NCBI GenBank assembly: GCA_013265495.1 | Contig: MU058540.1 | Location: forward strand, 2,505,696-2,569,695 | Direction of reading: 5' to 3' | Source of the DNA: Vicugna vicugna | Taxonomy: Eukaryota | Length of the DNA: 64,000 bases | Shown: in pieces, positions 42,330 to 54,367 of the stretch | Layout: the number at the start of each line of letters is the position of its first letter | How positions within the stretch are numbered: position 1 is the stretch's first letter | Position numbers and translations under genes: made by a program | The notes under the pieces: model-generated | Database searches by the model: none | Told to the model about the DNA's origin: nothing | What the model saw: the letters and a program-made list of their open reading frames with translations, nothing else

Positions 42330-42512
42330 TGGGGTCAGCAAACTATGACCCAGGGGTCAGATTAGCCCGTGGCTTGTTTTTATACAGCCTGTGAGCTAAG
42401 AATGGGATTTCTATTTTTAAAACGTTGTTAAAGTGAAAAAGAAGAAGAAGTGGCAGAGGCTATACATGTCCTGCAAAGCCCCAAATATTTACTAGCTGGC
42501 CCTTTACAAAAA
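42330..42512 (+). mobile_element. MER58-like hAT DNA element
   Basis: ggggtcagcaaactatg...cctgtgagctaagaatgg...tggccctttaca. Confidence 0.65.
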
Positions 42513-42987
42513 AGGCATTGTGGGCAATGTCTTGTGCAATCCTCCAGCATCCTCTGTGATAGATACTGTTATTATTGCCATTTTACAGGTGAAGAAACTG
42601 AGGCTGTGAGAGGTTACATTCACACAGCCACACAGCCAGTAAGTGGCAGCACTGAGAGTTGAACCCAGTCTCCAAACTCTGCTTTTCACACGGTCCAGAT
42701 GCACCTTCTCTGATTCTACTATAAACATCTCACCTTCTCCCGCTCAGGGGAGGGTACTGACCAGCTGTGAATGGTTTGACACATTCATGCAGCATCACTG
42801 TGGACACATGATCAAAAACTGCTCCCATTACCTTAGCAGATAATGAGAGATGGGACACTGGATGGGTGCATTTTGAAAATCCCATCAAATAAAGCTTAAG
42901 AGCAATGAAAGTAGCTGCTCTGGGCAAGGGGACCGCTCATGTCTGCTGCCACAGCCTTAGTTATTTTCCTGGTGCCCCACCTTGCAG

Positions 42988-43048
42988 ATCCTGCACAGTT
43001 ACTACTACCAAGGGTATGAAGATGTCATTTTATACTTGAGGCGGCTGA
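42988..43048 (+). CDS. PNPLA1: PNPLA1 coding exon 5
   Basis: ttgcag|[20 protein letters not shown](N)|gtaagt; 61 nt. Confidence 0.96.
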
Positions 43049-45689
43049 GTAAGTACCCTGTGGGGCCCCAAGGAAGGGGAAGTTTGGAGGGTGGGGCAAA
43101 AACAGGAAGTAGAAGGGCTGAGTAGAGGGACATTTCCCCCAAGTTTGTGAACAGGAGACGTCCTTCTCCCTGGAAAGCCAGAAATGGGTGCAGGAACCTG
43201 ACAGCCTTCATTGTCCAGGACAGGCCACTGCGGCCAAAAATTAGGATCTAAGTGGAAAAGGGGCTTTAGATTAACTGATGGGACAGTGTCTGGGGCTTTT
43301 GTAAAAAATATATTCTGGGTTTAAAAATGATGTTTAGGAAATACATACCTCGTATCTTCCTGGAGAACTCCATTTTCATGTCATTTCATCCTCTTTCCAA
43401 TAAAACTATATTGTTAATGTAGAACTAGATGTGACTAGTTTACATTTGTGTGAGACTTTGAGTGACATATTAATCAACAAATGAGAGAGAAGATCCCTTG
43501 CCCCATGTTGGTTTGGAAAACATGGTTCCACCCCTGTGTATCCTCTGTGTGTTATTTGGGTGGAAAGAAGATTCTAATTACATGTATTGTACACTAACTC
43601 CATGAAGGCCATGGCAAACATACTTGTTTAAAGGAAAGGGGGAAAAAAAGACTTTTCCATATTTAGAATTAATTCCATAGAGCACATTTCCAGAAAAAGG
43701 GATTCCTGCATCAAAGGGTGTTTACTTAATATTATATCATAATTTTTTTTCCATGTTGCCATATGGTCTTTGTAACTACCTTTTTGGCAGCTGTGTAATA
43801 TTCCATCACAGTTGTACAGAATAGTTTGATTATTGAGTTTCTGAATGTTCAGTATTATAAACAATACTGTGGTGAACTTTTTGTGCATGTAGTTTAAAAA
43901 AATATTTTAGGAGTGAGATTAAGGGGTTAAATGAAGTTTTTTCCCTAGGTATGTTTCCCTTTTTCCTTCAAAATTGCTTACTGCTTTCCTAAGCTCCCCT
44001 TGTCCTGACTCTGCTTTCTCCTGTGTCCATTCTCCCAGCTAGTGTGGTGGGAGCAGGAGAGCAGTGTGGAGAGAATGTGGGCTCTGGAGGCAAGTAGCCC
44101 TGGTCCAGAATCCCCATTCCCCCAGCTGTGTGAGCTTGGGGAAATCACTGCCCCTCTCAGAGTCTTGGTTCCTAATCTGGAAAAAAGGTCTAGATCCTGG
44201 TTCCTGTCACCTACCAGCTGTGTGATCTTGAGCAAGTAATTAATCTCCTGGGGCCTCAGTTTTCTCAGCTGTACAATGGACTAATGGTGGAAACTACTTC
44301 AGAATTTTATTCCTAACCATAGTCAATCCAGACCACTGACCCCTCTGACCTCAGAGACAGGCCCCTCCTCTCAGCTCTGTGCAGGACAGACTACTCCTAA
44401 CCCTAACTATCCTCTGACAACTCCTCCCACCACGCCTCCTCCACATTTACATAGGTGACAATTATGAAGCTAAGCCCCAAGTGTCCAAAAGGAGGACAAC
44501 CTGAGAGGTGTGGTGGCAGAGGAGATGGGGGTCTCACCTATGGAGCCTCAGAAATAGGAGGGTTTGGTTAGGGCCTAGGGTCCTTTCCACCACCATCTGG
44601 GGAGCCCCTCCATTCTTTCCTCAGTGATGGTGTATATTGAGGACTTGGGGTTTGGGAGTTCCCTGATTTGGTTCTTGGATCTTGGAGCAGACATCAATTC
44701 CTTGCCCCAGGAAACCCCTCCATACCTGTCTCTCCCCTAGAACTTTTCCTTTCTCTTCCTCTCTGGGCAAGCCCTGGAGAGTGTTGCAAAGTGGGTTGTT
44801 AAGCATCTCTATTATCCCTCATTTCCAGTAGCCCCTTATTCTACCTTCTTGGGGGGAACCCAGTGCCCTCTCATCTTCCCCCTTCCACCCTTAGCAGGTG
44901 GACATTTTCAACAGGTATGAATGGGGGTCTTAAACCCAAAGATGAAACTCTAAGAGTAGCATTGCAGGCATCCACTCCTGAATTGTGGCAGTATATGGAG
45001 GATGGCAGGTTTTCCCAATGGTCTTGGAATCACTCCAAGTAGAAACAGACACAACTCATAAGGGAGAAAATGTCTTGGGCTGGCTGCCAGCTGTTTTTGC
45101 TTCCTCTTCCTATTTGCCAGTATGTGTGTGGCTTTCTCAGTGCAGGTTTTGACATTACCACCTAAATCCTCTTAGCTTTGGTGAGGCTGGAGTTTTCTCC
45201 CCGCACCAGATGCGAGAAGGAGATTCCAACATATCCTGAGAAATTGTGGTTGGTGCCCAGAGCTACACTCTTAATCCCCACCTACCATCTGGGAACAGAA
45301 AACAGAAGTCTGCCCTAGCCTCCCGCCTGCTATCTAAACAGGGATCAGCTCCACCAGGAAGCCACACCTGCAAGGTGTCACCCTCAACTCCTCAGCTCAC
45401 ATCCGGGCACCCTCTCTTTCCTTCCTCCTAAGGGCTCACATCCACCTAGTTTTTTCTGCTGCCTTCCTCTCCACTCTTGGCCTCCCCTAGCAGCAGCCTT
45501 CTCCCAAAGGGAAGGTCACTACTTGCTGGCATCCTTGAAAATCCACATTCCTCACACAGATGTGTGGACGTGGGCGTTGAGGGAGGTTGGAGCTCAGAGG
45601 ATGCCGTGTCTGAGATACTCATCCCACATCCAGGCCTGCCTGGCTAGACTGGCCTTCCTTCCTCCCCTGCTTCCTCCCTCACAGTTTGA

Positions 45690-47150
45690 TAAGTTGTCAC
45701 ACACAACACACACACACGCACACATATCTGTGAAACCAGCACCACAATCAAGATATGAAACAATCCGTCATGCCCAAAGTTTCCTCATGCCCCTTTGGGA
45801 CCCCTCCCACCGCCCCTCATCCCCCCATCTCCAAGCAAACCCTTATCTCTGTCATCATAGATTAATTTACAATTTCTAGAAATTTTGATAGATGGAATCT
45901 TATAGTATGAACTCTTTTTTTGTCTGCATTCTTTCACTCAGTGTAATTATTCTGAGATTCATTTATATCATTGCATGGTGTAAACAGTTCATTACTTTCT
46001 GCATTCCATTCCACTGTATGAATACACCATAGTTTATTTACCCAGTCACCTGTTAATGGACATTTAGATTGCATCCAATTTGGGGTTGTTATGTATAAAA
46101 CTGCTATGTACATTCATGCATGAGATTTTGTTTGGACAAATGCTTCCATTTCTCTTGGGTAAATGTCCTCAAGGTTCATCCATGTTGTAGCATGTTGTAG
46201 GAGTTCCTTCCTTTTCAGGGCTGAATAATACTCCACTGTGCATATTTACCTTATCCATTCATTCATCAGTGGACATGTGGGTTGCTTCCACCTCTTGGCT
46301 ATTGTGAATAATGCTGCAATGAACATAGATGTGCAAATATCTCTTTGAGATCCTATTTCCAATTCTTTTGGATATATACAGACTAAGGCATACACCCAGA
46401 ATGTATATTTAACTTTTTAAGAACTTGACAAATTGTTTTCCAAAGTGGTTGTACCATATTACATTTCCAATAGTGTATGAGAATTCCAATTTCCCCACAT
46501 TCTCACCAACAGCTGGTATGGTCAGTCTTTTTCATTTTAGCCATTTTAATAGGTGTGTGGTGGTATCTTATTGTGGTTTTAATTTGCACTTTCCTAGTGA
46601 CTAATGTTGTTGAGCATCTTTTCGTCTGCTTATTAGTTGTGCAAATATCTTGTTAGTGAAGTGTTTGTTCAATTCTTTTGCCCATTTTCCCCTAGACCTT
46701 TAATAAGCTTTATTTTTTAGAATAGTTTTAGATTTACAGAAAAAAAATGAAAACAGTACAGAGAGTTTCCATATACCCCACATCCAGTTTTCCCTATTAT
46801 TATGTCTCATACTTGTTAGATCTTATAGCATGGTACATATGTCATTTGGTACATAGTATGGCATATTGTTTACAATTAATGAACCAATGCTGATAAATTA
46901 TTGTTAACTAAAATCCATGCCTTATTCAGATTTCCTTTGTTTTTACCTAGTATCCTTTCTCTGGCCCAGGATCCCACATCATGTTTAGTCATGCTGTCTC
47001 ATTAGGCTCCTTTTTTATTGGTCACAATTGCTCAGACTCTCCTTGTTTTTAATGACCTAGGCGACTTGAGTACTGACCAGATATTTTGTAGATTGTCCTT
47101 CACTTGTGGTTTGTTAGATGTTTTTCTCATGATTAGACTGGGGTTATGGG
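45690..47150 (-). mobile_element. Nested L1M fragments
   Basis: Antisense L1MA/MB/MC-like 3' motifs (ggctattgtgaataatgctgcaatgaacat, ttttccaaagtggttgtacc). Confidence 0.7.
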
Positions 47151-47154
47151 TTTG

Positions 47155-48030
47155 TCATCTCTCCTTGGTATCTCAAAGGCCCCCTAAATGCAACATGTCC
47201 CAAACTCAATCTGTGCTCTCCCCACTTCTCCCCGGACCCACCCCTCAACGATCATAGTCTCAGCCAACAGCACTGAGATCCATCCGAAGATGCAAACTAC
47301 ATACCTCCTCTCACCCCTCAATCAATCCACTACCAAGTCTCATTTATTTTACCTCTTAAACAGAATCCTCTACTTCTTTCTAGCTCCTTCCAGGTGCAAG
47401 CCTCACACACTTCTTCTTCACAGCACCCTGATAGGTTTCCCTGGGTCCCCTCTTGCTTTTCTCAACGAGTCTCTACACAGCAGCCATGGTGATTTTGTCA
47501 AAACCAGAGACAGGTCAGCACCTCTCTGCTCGTAAGTCTTCATGGTCTCCATGAAAACCAAGGGTCCTTGATGCCATCTATAAGTGGCCTCCTCAGCCCC
47601 ATCTCCCACCACAAGTGTCCCCACCCCTGTTCCATGAACACTGACCTTTCAGGCCCTCAGCTTTCTCATGCTCCCTCGAACCTGTGGCCTTTGTGAGTGC
47701 TGTTCCCTCTGTCGGGGGTGCTACTCCCCATCCCACCCTGGCCATGCCCTGGACTGCTCCCCATTCTTGTGTCGGTGCAAACATCACTCCCTCCGAAGGC
47801 CTCCCACTGAAGTCCTCCCTGTTTCTCTCTCTCCTAGTCCCACGTTCCTCTCTTCCTACCTCTTGTCTTGGTAAAAACTTGAATTTATTTGGGTGATCAG
47901 TGCCTGCCTCCCTGCTAGACTGTAAGCTCCAACAGGCCAGGAACCATCACCCCTGCTTTTGTCTACCTCGCCTCCTCAGTGCCCAGTGGAATGCCTGGTA
48001 CATATAGATGCTCAATAAGTATCCACTGAA
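47155..48030. mobile_element. L2 fragment
   Basis: tgcaacatgtcccaaactc...agactgtaagctcc...tgcctggtacatatagatgctcaataa. Confidence 0.6.
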
Positions 48031-48209
48031 AAAGTGGATCAATACACAGTCACATACTCAGTATAAATTCAAGTAAATAAAGAAAGGCCATTGAAAAGCA
48101 CTAATACTTTTTACGAAAATAATTTGGGAAACCATTTTTTTGTAAATACTATACTGATGCCAGGAGGATAGTAATGCCACCTGTGACCCTATGCTGTTGT
48201 ACTTTCTAG

Positions 48210-48773
48210 ATGCTGCTTACCTTAATTCTCCTTCCAAGAGAGTGATTTTCCCCCGGGTAGAATTGTACTGCCAGATACAACTCGCCCTTGGCAATGAGTG
48301 CCCTGAACGCAGTCAACCAAGCCTCCAAACAGAGCGGACTAGTCTGAAAGAATCCACACAACTTCACACACATCCCAAAGAGGAAGGAATGGGTGGCCAT
48401 GGTCCACCTCTGTCCCCACCTGTGCAGGCACCTGAATCCACATGTGAGTGGCCTGTGGAGTCACCTGTTTCACCACCTGCATTGCCACTGGCCTCATCAC
48501 CATCACACCCTCCAACTGACCTGCCACCTGTATCACTCCCAGCTGTGCACTTACTACCCAGCTCAACTCCTGGGCAATCACCTGTATCACCATCACAGCA
48601 GGCACAACCAACTGGGTCACCACCCAGATCCCCACCCCTTCAGTCACTTCTGTCCCCCAAGCCATCCCTGGGGCCTTCCACTGTGGGAGCACTTCCAGCA
48701 TTGCCCCAATACTCTCCTCCATCATCACCTACACAGCCACCTATGGAGGAACCAGACCCTGAACAGCCTCAAG
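48210..48773 (+). CDS. PNPLA1: PNPLA1 coding exon 6 (Pro/Ser-rich region)
   Basis: ttctag|(N)[35 protein letters not shown]...EEPDPEQPQ|gtatgg; 564 nt, phase 1 to 1. Confidence 0.95.
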
Positions 48774-48926
48774 GTATGGACCCTTCTGGCTTCTCACAGC
48801 TTCTTCATATCTTGAGCCCACTGGCAAGTGTGTAACAGCATGGTAACTAATTACTGTAGCTTTAGAGGGGGTGCATTGGTGAAGTTAGCCCTTAGCATTA
48901 GCTGCTCTACTTGCTATGAGGACAGG

Positions 48927-48945
48927 GCACCACAAGAGGGCAGTG
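48927..48945 (+). promoter_or_regulatory. Candidate CTCF motif
   Basis: gcaccacaagagggcagtg is close to the CCASYAGRKGGC consensus; motif match only. Confidence 0.4.
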
Positions 48946-50227
48946 TACTTGACATTTTGTTTCTGCCTTAGTCCAATCTTTGTCATTGTGGTCCCCAGCC
49001 AGCAGCAATAGCATCCCCAGAGAACTTGTTAGAAATGAAAATTCTAAGGCCCTGCCACAGACCTACTAAATCACAGATTCTGGGGGAATGGGACCCAGCT
49101 GTCTTCCTTTTTTTTTTTTTTTCACAAGCCATCCAGGTGATTCTTTAGCCCTCTCACATTTGAGAACTGCTATTTTTATTGTGAAAGCCATTGTGCCAGG
49201 GTGATGCTACTCAAAGAGTGGTCTGTGGACCAATAGCAGCCTCTGAATTATCTGTTACTAGTTCACAGTGAAATGAGTGCAGAAATTGAGAGTAAGCATT
49301 TAGAAATGTTTATCACAATAATATAGAGACTTGACATCCAAAAGCTTGGTCACTTTCCTACTAATTCATTTGCATTGCATTTAACAAAAGTGCTAGTCCT
49401 TTATGGATTGTAAACAGGATTTTAAAAAACTGGCTCTTCACCACAGATAGTTTGAGAAGCAGCTTTCTGGGGGCGCAAAGATGAATAGTTCTCAATTCCT
49501 CACTCTCAGGAAATCTCCCCTCCAACAGAAGGAATGGCATGGATACCAACCTCAAAAATACAAGAAGAATTCTTAGGTACTATATAACTAACAAAAATAG
49601 TGTTGGGGGTATTCACAGAGAATAAGATCACCTCTCTCTGGAGGAATAGCGGAGGCTTCTTGGCGGTGACAGGTGAATTGAAATGGGCAGGATTTTGACA
49701 ATTGTGGTTTGTGGGATCCTACAGAGTAGGAAGAACATTTCAGATTTTGTTTATTCTAGAGGCTGAGGTGCAGGGAAGGAAGGTGCAAGGTACATTCAGG
49801 GTGAGGAAGATATCTGTTTGGCCTCTGTGGATGGTCTGAGTGGGGATCAAGGGAGAGGGGCCCAAATGATGGGCTGAAGCCAGGTCCTCATGGTCCATCA
49901 GCCAAGCTTCTATTGTTATTATGATATACAGTAGCAGAGATTAGCAAGTTTTCCTTCTTTGTGAATCTGCCCCAAGTCAGGAATGAGCCCCCTTTCCCTG
50001 GAATAGGTTCACTTTAATTCATTTGCTCACAATGGGACAGAAATATCAGGACAATGAGTCAGAAAATTGGTCAGTGTTTCATCTGCTCTCTTATTGCTTG
50101 TTAAATGAAATGCGTTTATCTTATATTATTACACCTGTGCTTTAAGGCAGCCAATGGCCTGAGGAATCCTGGGCCCAGAATTGGCATTCCTCACTCATAT
50201 TGGGGGTGGACAGAGGGTTCAGATAAC

Positions 50228-50420
50228 TGAGTGGTTCCCAACTGGGAGCCATATTACCCCAGGAGACATTTGACAATACCTGGAGACATTTTTAATTGTC
50301 ACCTAGTGGGTAACATCTAGTCGGGAGATGCTGTGAAACATCCTGCGATGATGCACAGCCCTCACAACAAAGAATTGCCTGGCCCTTAACGTCAGTTCTG
50401 CTGAGGTTGAGAAACCCTGT
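50228..50420 (+). mobile_element. MER20-like DNA element
   Basis: gacatttgacaatacctggagacatttttaattgtcac...tgctgaggttgagaaaccctg. Confidence 0.7.
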
Positions 50421-51179
50421 TGTAGCCTCCAGCTGAGTGTCAGCGGGGACATCCTATGCCATCTGAGGGAGCTGAGCAGAGTGGAGCCCCCAGGGGTTCG
50501 TGATATCAGTCGTTTTGCCATGGCCATGTTGTTGTTGGGGGTGGGAGGTATTGCAAAAATTCCTAGGAAAACCCATAAACAAAGGAACCACACATAGATT
50601 TGGGAGGGCGAGGGTTATCCAACAGGTCCCCAGATGAAAGAACTTCAGGTAGAGGAATTTAAATATATTCTATATTATTATTATTTACATATATTACATA
50701 ATTACGTATTAATTTTCGTATATTATATATCCCCATGCCGATTAAAAACATGCAAAGAAAAAAATCAGCATAAAAAAACATGCAAAGAGCTTACTTAAGA
50801 ACAATGGTCGTGAAACTATTCAAATTTTCTATTACAGTAAAAAGGACAAAACCATTAAATAAAGCAGGTGATGGAAGAAGGTTCAGGCCTCTATGAGGGA
50901 TTTTCCTGAAAGCTTTCCCTAACACAGCTGCTTTTTGTAAGGAAATTGTTGATAAGATTACATCAAGGACTAGCTTCAGGCCTTTCACAGATGACACTGC
51001 CCTGGATCTCAGTCAAGTCCAACAATACGATTCTGGTCCTAAATATGAGAATAAGAGAGTTCTTTACTGTTTCAACTATTCTCACTTACTTCCAATATAT
51101 TGTTATTTCAAAAATGACTGAGTACTCCTCCCCCACCCCATCTCACTTATGTCGCCTTTATTTTTATTTTTGGCTGTAG

Positions 51180-51246
51180 CTTCCTTTGCCTCTTCAAATT
51201 CAAAAAGCACCGCACCTCTGGAAACCGCCAGCAAGCCTCACACAGT
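51180..51246 (+). CDS. PNPLA1: PNPLA1 coding exon 7
   Basis: T-rich tract then tgtag|(A)SFASSNSKSTAPLETASKPHT(V)|gtaagt; 67 nt, phase 1 to 2, joins exons 6 and 8 in frame. Confidence 0.85.
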
Positions 51247-52249
51247 GTAAGTGTCTCCTCAACTGGGAACATGTTCTTTCCTTCGGTTAGACGAGGAGCC
51301 CCCTCCTCTGATACTTTCCATCTCTGTAGCTGCCCGAGGAGCACTGGGATCCTTTCCTGGTTTGTGTGATTACAGTGCACCCCCTTACAGTTCACAGACA
51401 CCCCCCCAACTTCTCCCTTCTTCGGTGGGGGCAACGTGTGGGAAATGAGCCTATTCACGCTGACAGTGCCATTCCCGTCAACACCCCACTGTGCACACAG
51501 GAGAATGTACCTGCTCTGAATGCAGTGGGAGAGTCTGCACCCTCGTATCTGACTTCCTGGTGATGTCTCAGTTCAAGACAGCTAGCAGGCATGCTACATC
51601 CTAGCCTTAGGTGGACCCTGCACAGTATAAATTAAGGGACTCTACCAAAGACTTCCCTTAATTCACATTATTTTCTACCAGCATAATAAGGGGGCTAATA
51701 TTCCTATACTGTAGACTGTCCCCAGAAAATCTTTGTTTATGATGCACACCAGTTGTGTGGGTTGTGTAACAGGTACTCCATTATTGTCTCAGCAGTCATT
51801 ATGAGAGGGCTTAGGGAGCCATGTTTTTTTCCCTTCCTTGGGAACTTCCTTACCCAGGCTCCCTTGCTGGCTGAATGCCAGCTGGGTTAGCCAGTGGGAG
51901 GCACCAGCAGGAGATCAGAGGGTGGAGCAAGGGTATTTCCGCCCCCTAACTCCATCCCTCCCTGCCTTCCGGTAGCTCTGGCAGTGGCTGAATTTCTCCA
52001 TGGCCACACTTACGGGTATCGGGAGACAGGGCCTGAGGCACTTTTATTTTTGATATTTCCACTCGATATCATATCAAGTATATTAAACATACCTGCTTCT
52101 CACATTAAGTATAATTTTAATTATAAAACTTTTTGAAAGTGTTTCCCTAAATTTAATCATTTTGTGCTTGGGCATAACTTATGCATTTTGTTCACATGAT
52201 TTAAACTCTATTGCATTGACATATAACTGTATAAAAGTGTGAGTTTCAG

Positions 52250-52468
52250 TGGGAAGGGATAGACTGGGATTTCAAAATTGTAGAACAGATAAACAAGATT
52301 ACACTGTATAGCACAGGGAAATATACACAAAATGTTATGATAAATCACAGAGAAAAAAATGTGACAATGAGTGTGTATATGTCCATGTATGACTGAAAAA
52401 TTGTACTGAACACTGGAATTTGACACAACACTGTAAAATGATTATGAATCAATAAAAATGTAAAAAAA
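52250..52468 (+). mobile_element. Young 5'-truncated L1 3' end with a perfect 17-bp target-site duplication
   Basis: aaaagtgtgagtttcag at 52233-52249 and 52469-52485; AATAAA at 52451-52456 followed by an A-tail. Confidence 0.85.
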
Positions 52469-52687
52469 AAAAGTGTGAGTTTCAGCTGACTAGTTGGCCT
52501 GATGTTACTTAGGTAAATATACATTGATTACAAAATAAAAGTTCACTGGGGAATGCTGATGTCCAGCCAGGGTAGAGAACCATAGCATTGGTGTCTACCT
52601 GTCTACCTTTTGAACCAGAGCAGGGCCCTAATAGTGGAGTACACAAGACAGGTCATCAACCAACCATTATGTCATCTATTTGCCCAG

Positions 52688-52814
52688 GGAGAGCCCTGCT
52701 GAAGATTGCAATTGGGTGAGCAAGGTATTCAAGAGGAGCAAAAGACAAGTGGCACCAGAAGAGGCTTCCCAAGACATCCATGATCTAAAAAAACCAGGCA
52801 GCAAAATGCAGTGA
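52688..52814 (+). CDS. PNPLA1: PNPLA1 coding exon 8; either reads to TGA at 52812-52814 (510 aa) or splices after 52810 to exon 9 (544 aa)
   Basis: cccag|(V)ESPAEDCNWVSKVFKRSKRQVAPEEASQDIHDLKKPGSKMQ*; the donor CA|gtgagt overlaps the stop codon. Confidence 0.88.
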
Positions 52815-53719
52815 GTATGACTAATGTTTCTAATAACACAGGGAGGAGCGGGCCTTGGGAACGGTCTGCAGAAAGATTACAAGAGGTAGAAGGGGAGTCA
52901 GTGAGGGTGGGGATGAGGAGCTGGGCTTTGGAGTCAGACTCACTCAACATAAAATCCCTGCTCCTCCACAGTCTCACCCAGTGAGTGTGCTTACAATGCT
53001 TGGTCTTTCTGAGCCTCTGTTTCCTGATCTCTAAAATAGGGCTAATACCAACTCATAAGATTGTTGTGAGGGTTTAAAAAGATCAACCATGTAAAGTGTT
53101 TCACAGAGTGGAAGGTGTGTAATAGCACTCAAAAATTAGTAGATATTATGGTTATATAACTCCTAGAGGTTAACTAGCTGCCTCTCAGCTTCTGAATAGA
53201 ACTATACTTAAAAACCAGACTAGGCAGGTGGGTGCCCATGTGACTCAACGTGTAGAGCTCCTAACTTTGCCAACCTTCAGCTAAAGGTCCTGACCAATGT
53301 TAAGCCTTTTTCTTAAAGACTTTGGCTATATTAAATTGTCATTGATAATCACTTAACCTTTATTGAGCACCGTATTAGTGCCAAGCACTCTTCTGGGCTC
53401 AGGATATCAAAGACAAATTCAACTCAATCCCCAACTTTCAAGAGTTTATCCCCAAATTGAACTTTAGACCAAAGACAAAAGAGTAAAATCAACTAATTTG
53501 CCAAACTGTGAGCCCCATATAAGCCAAATTTTGATTTTTTTACTAACCCATTTCTTCAAGGTGGACTCTGCAGGTGTCTTCCTGCAGTTTTTCAGACAGG
53601 GCAAGTGACTTGCCCAGGGTCACAGAGCAGGTAGAGGAAGGCTTAGAAATCAGGACTTCCAATTCCCCCTTTTTGTCTCATTTCCCTTCATATGTGCTTC
53701 CTCGACTCCGCACATCCAG

Positions 53720-53825
53720 GTCTCCTCCCTGTCCACCCAGCTTTCTCTCTGCTCTCCACTTCCGAGACAGTCTGGGTCACCTACAGGCCTCATCCCAGCT
53801 AGATCCAGGAATACAGTTGCCCTGA
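53720..53825 (+). CDS. PNPLA1: PNPLA1 terminal exon 9, coding part (frameshifted relative to the mammalian tail I recall)
   Basis: tccag|(Q)SPPCPPSFLSALHFRDSLGHLQASSQLDPGIQLP*; an alternate frame carries LLSTSETVWVTYRPHPS; spliced CDS totals 1635 nt = 545 codons. Confidence 0.7.
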
Positions 53826-54361
53826 GATGTGGAATTCCCCAGGGTGCCCCTGCTCTGTCCAGGGATGCTGTGGTGACCCCTGAGCCCCATCAGCTCAGCT
53901 TCCTTTCTGCCCCTACCTGCCTCTTCCTGGTCACAGTCAAAGCCAACATTAGCCCATGTAATGCCTTGTGCACTAAGAAAACAGCACTCTTTCCTCGAGA
54001 GCTTGATCACCAGCTGGAAGGTTGTTGTGATAGACTGATTTTGTTTGAGCAATTGACAGCCAACTGCTAGAAAACTGTATGAATGACACACAAAGCTACA
54101 AAATGTATACATAACATTCAGAAAACTGTACAAATAACATATGAAATAAATATGTCTATGAACTGCCTACCCTTTTTTATCAGCAGTGTATCCTTGTGCA
54201 GTGTGCAGCCTGCACAAATGTACTCAGCACCCTGGAGGCCACTCTTCTTCTTCTCCCTTCCTGAAAAGCCAGACTTTTGTACATCAAATAATGTTTCAAA
54301 CACTCTTTTATCAACTCCTGCTCTGCAAATGGAATTCTCCTTTTGCAAAAGACCCTTGTAA

Positions 54362-54367
54362 AATAAA
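54362..54367 (+). terminator. Candidate PNPLA1 polyadenylation signal
   Basis: AATAAA with TGTA just upstream, about 540 nt after the exon 9 stop; a second AATAAA lies at 54145-54150. Confidence 0.55.

Noticed and set aside
48339..48815. Long His-rich and Val-rich ORFs overlapping PNPLA1 exon 6
   Set aside because: Shadow frames of a Pro/Ser-rich coding exon
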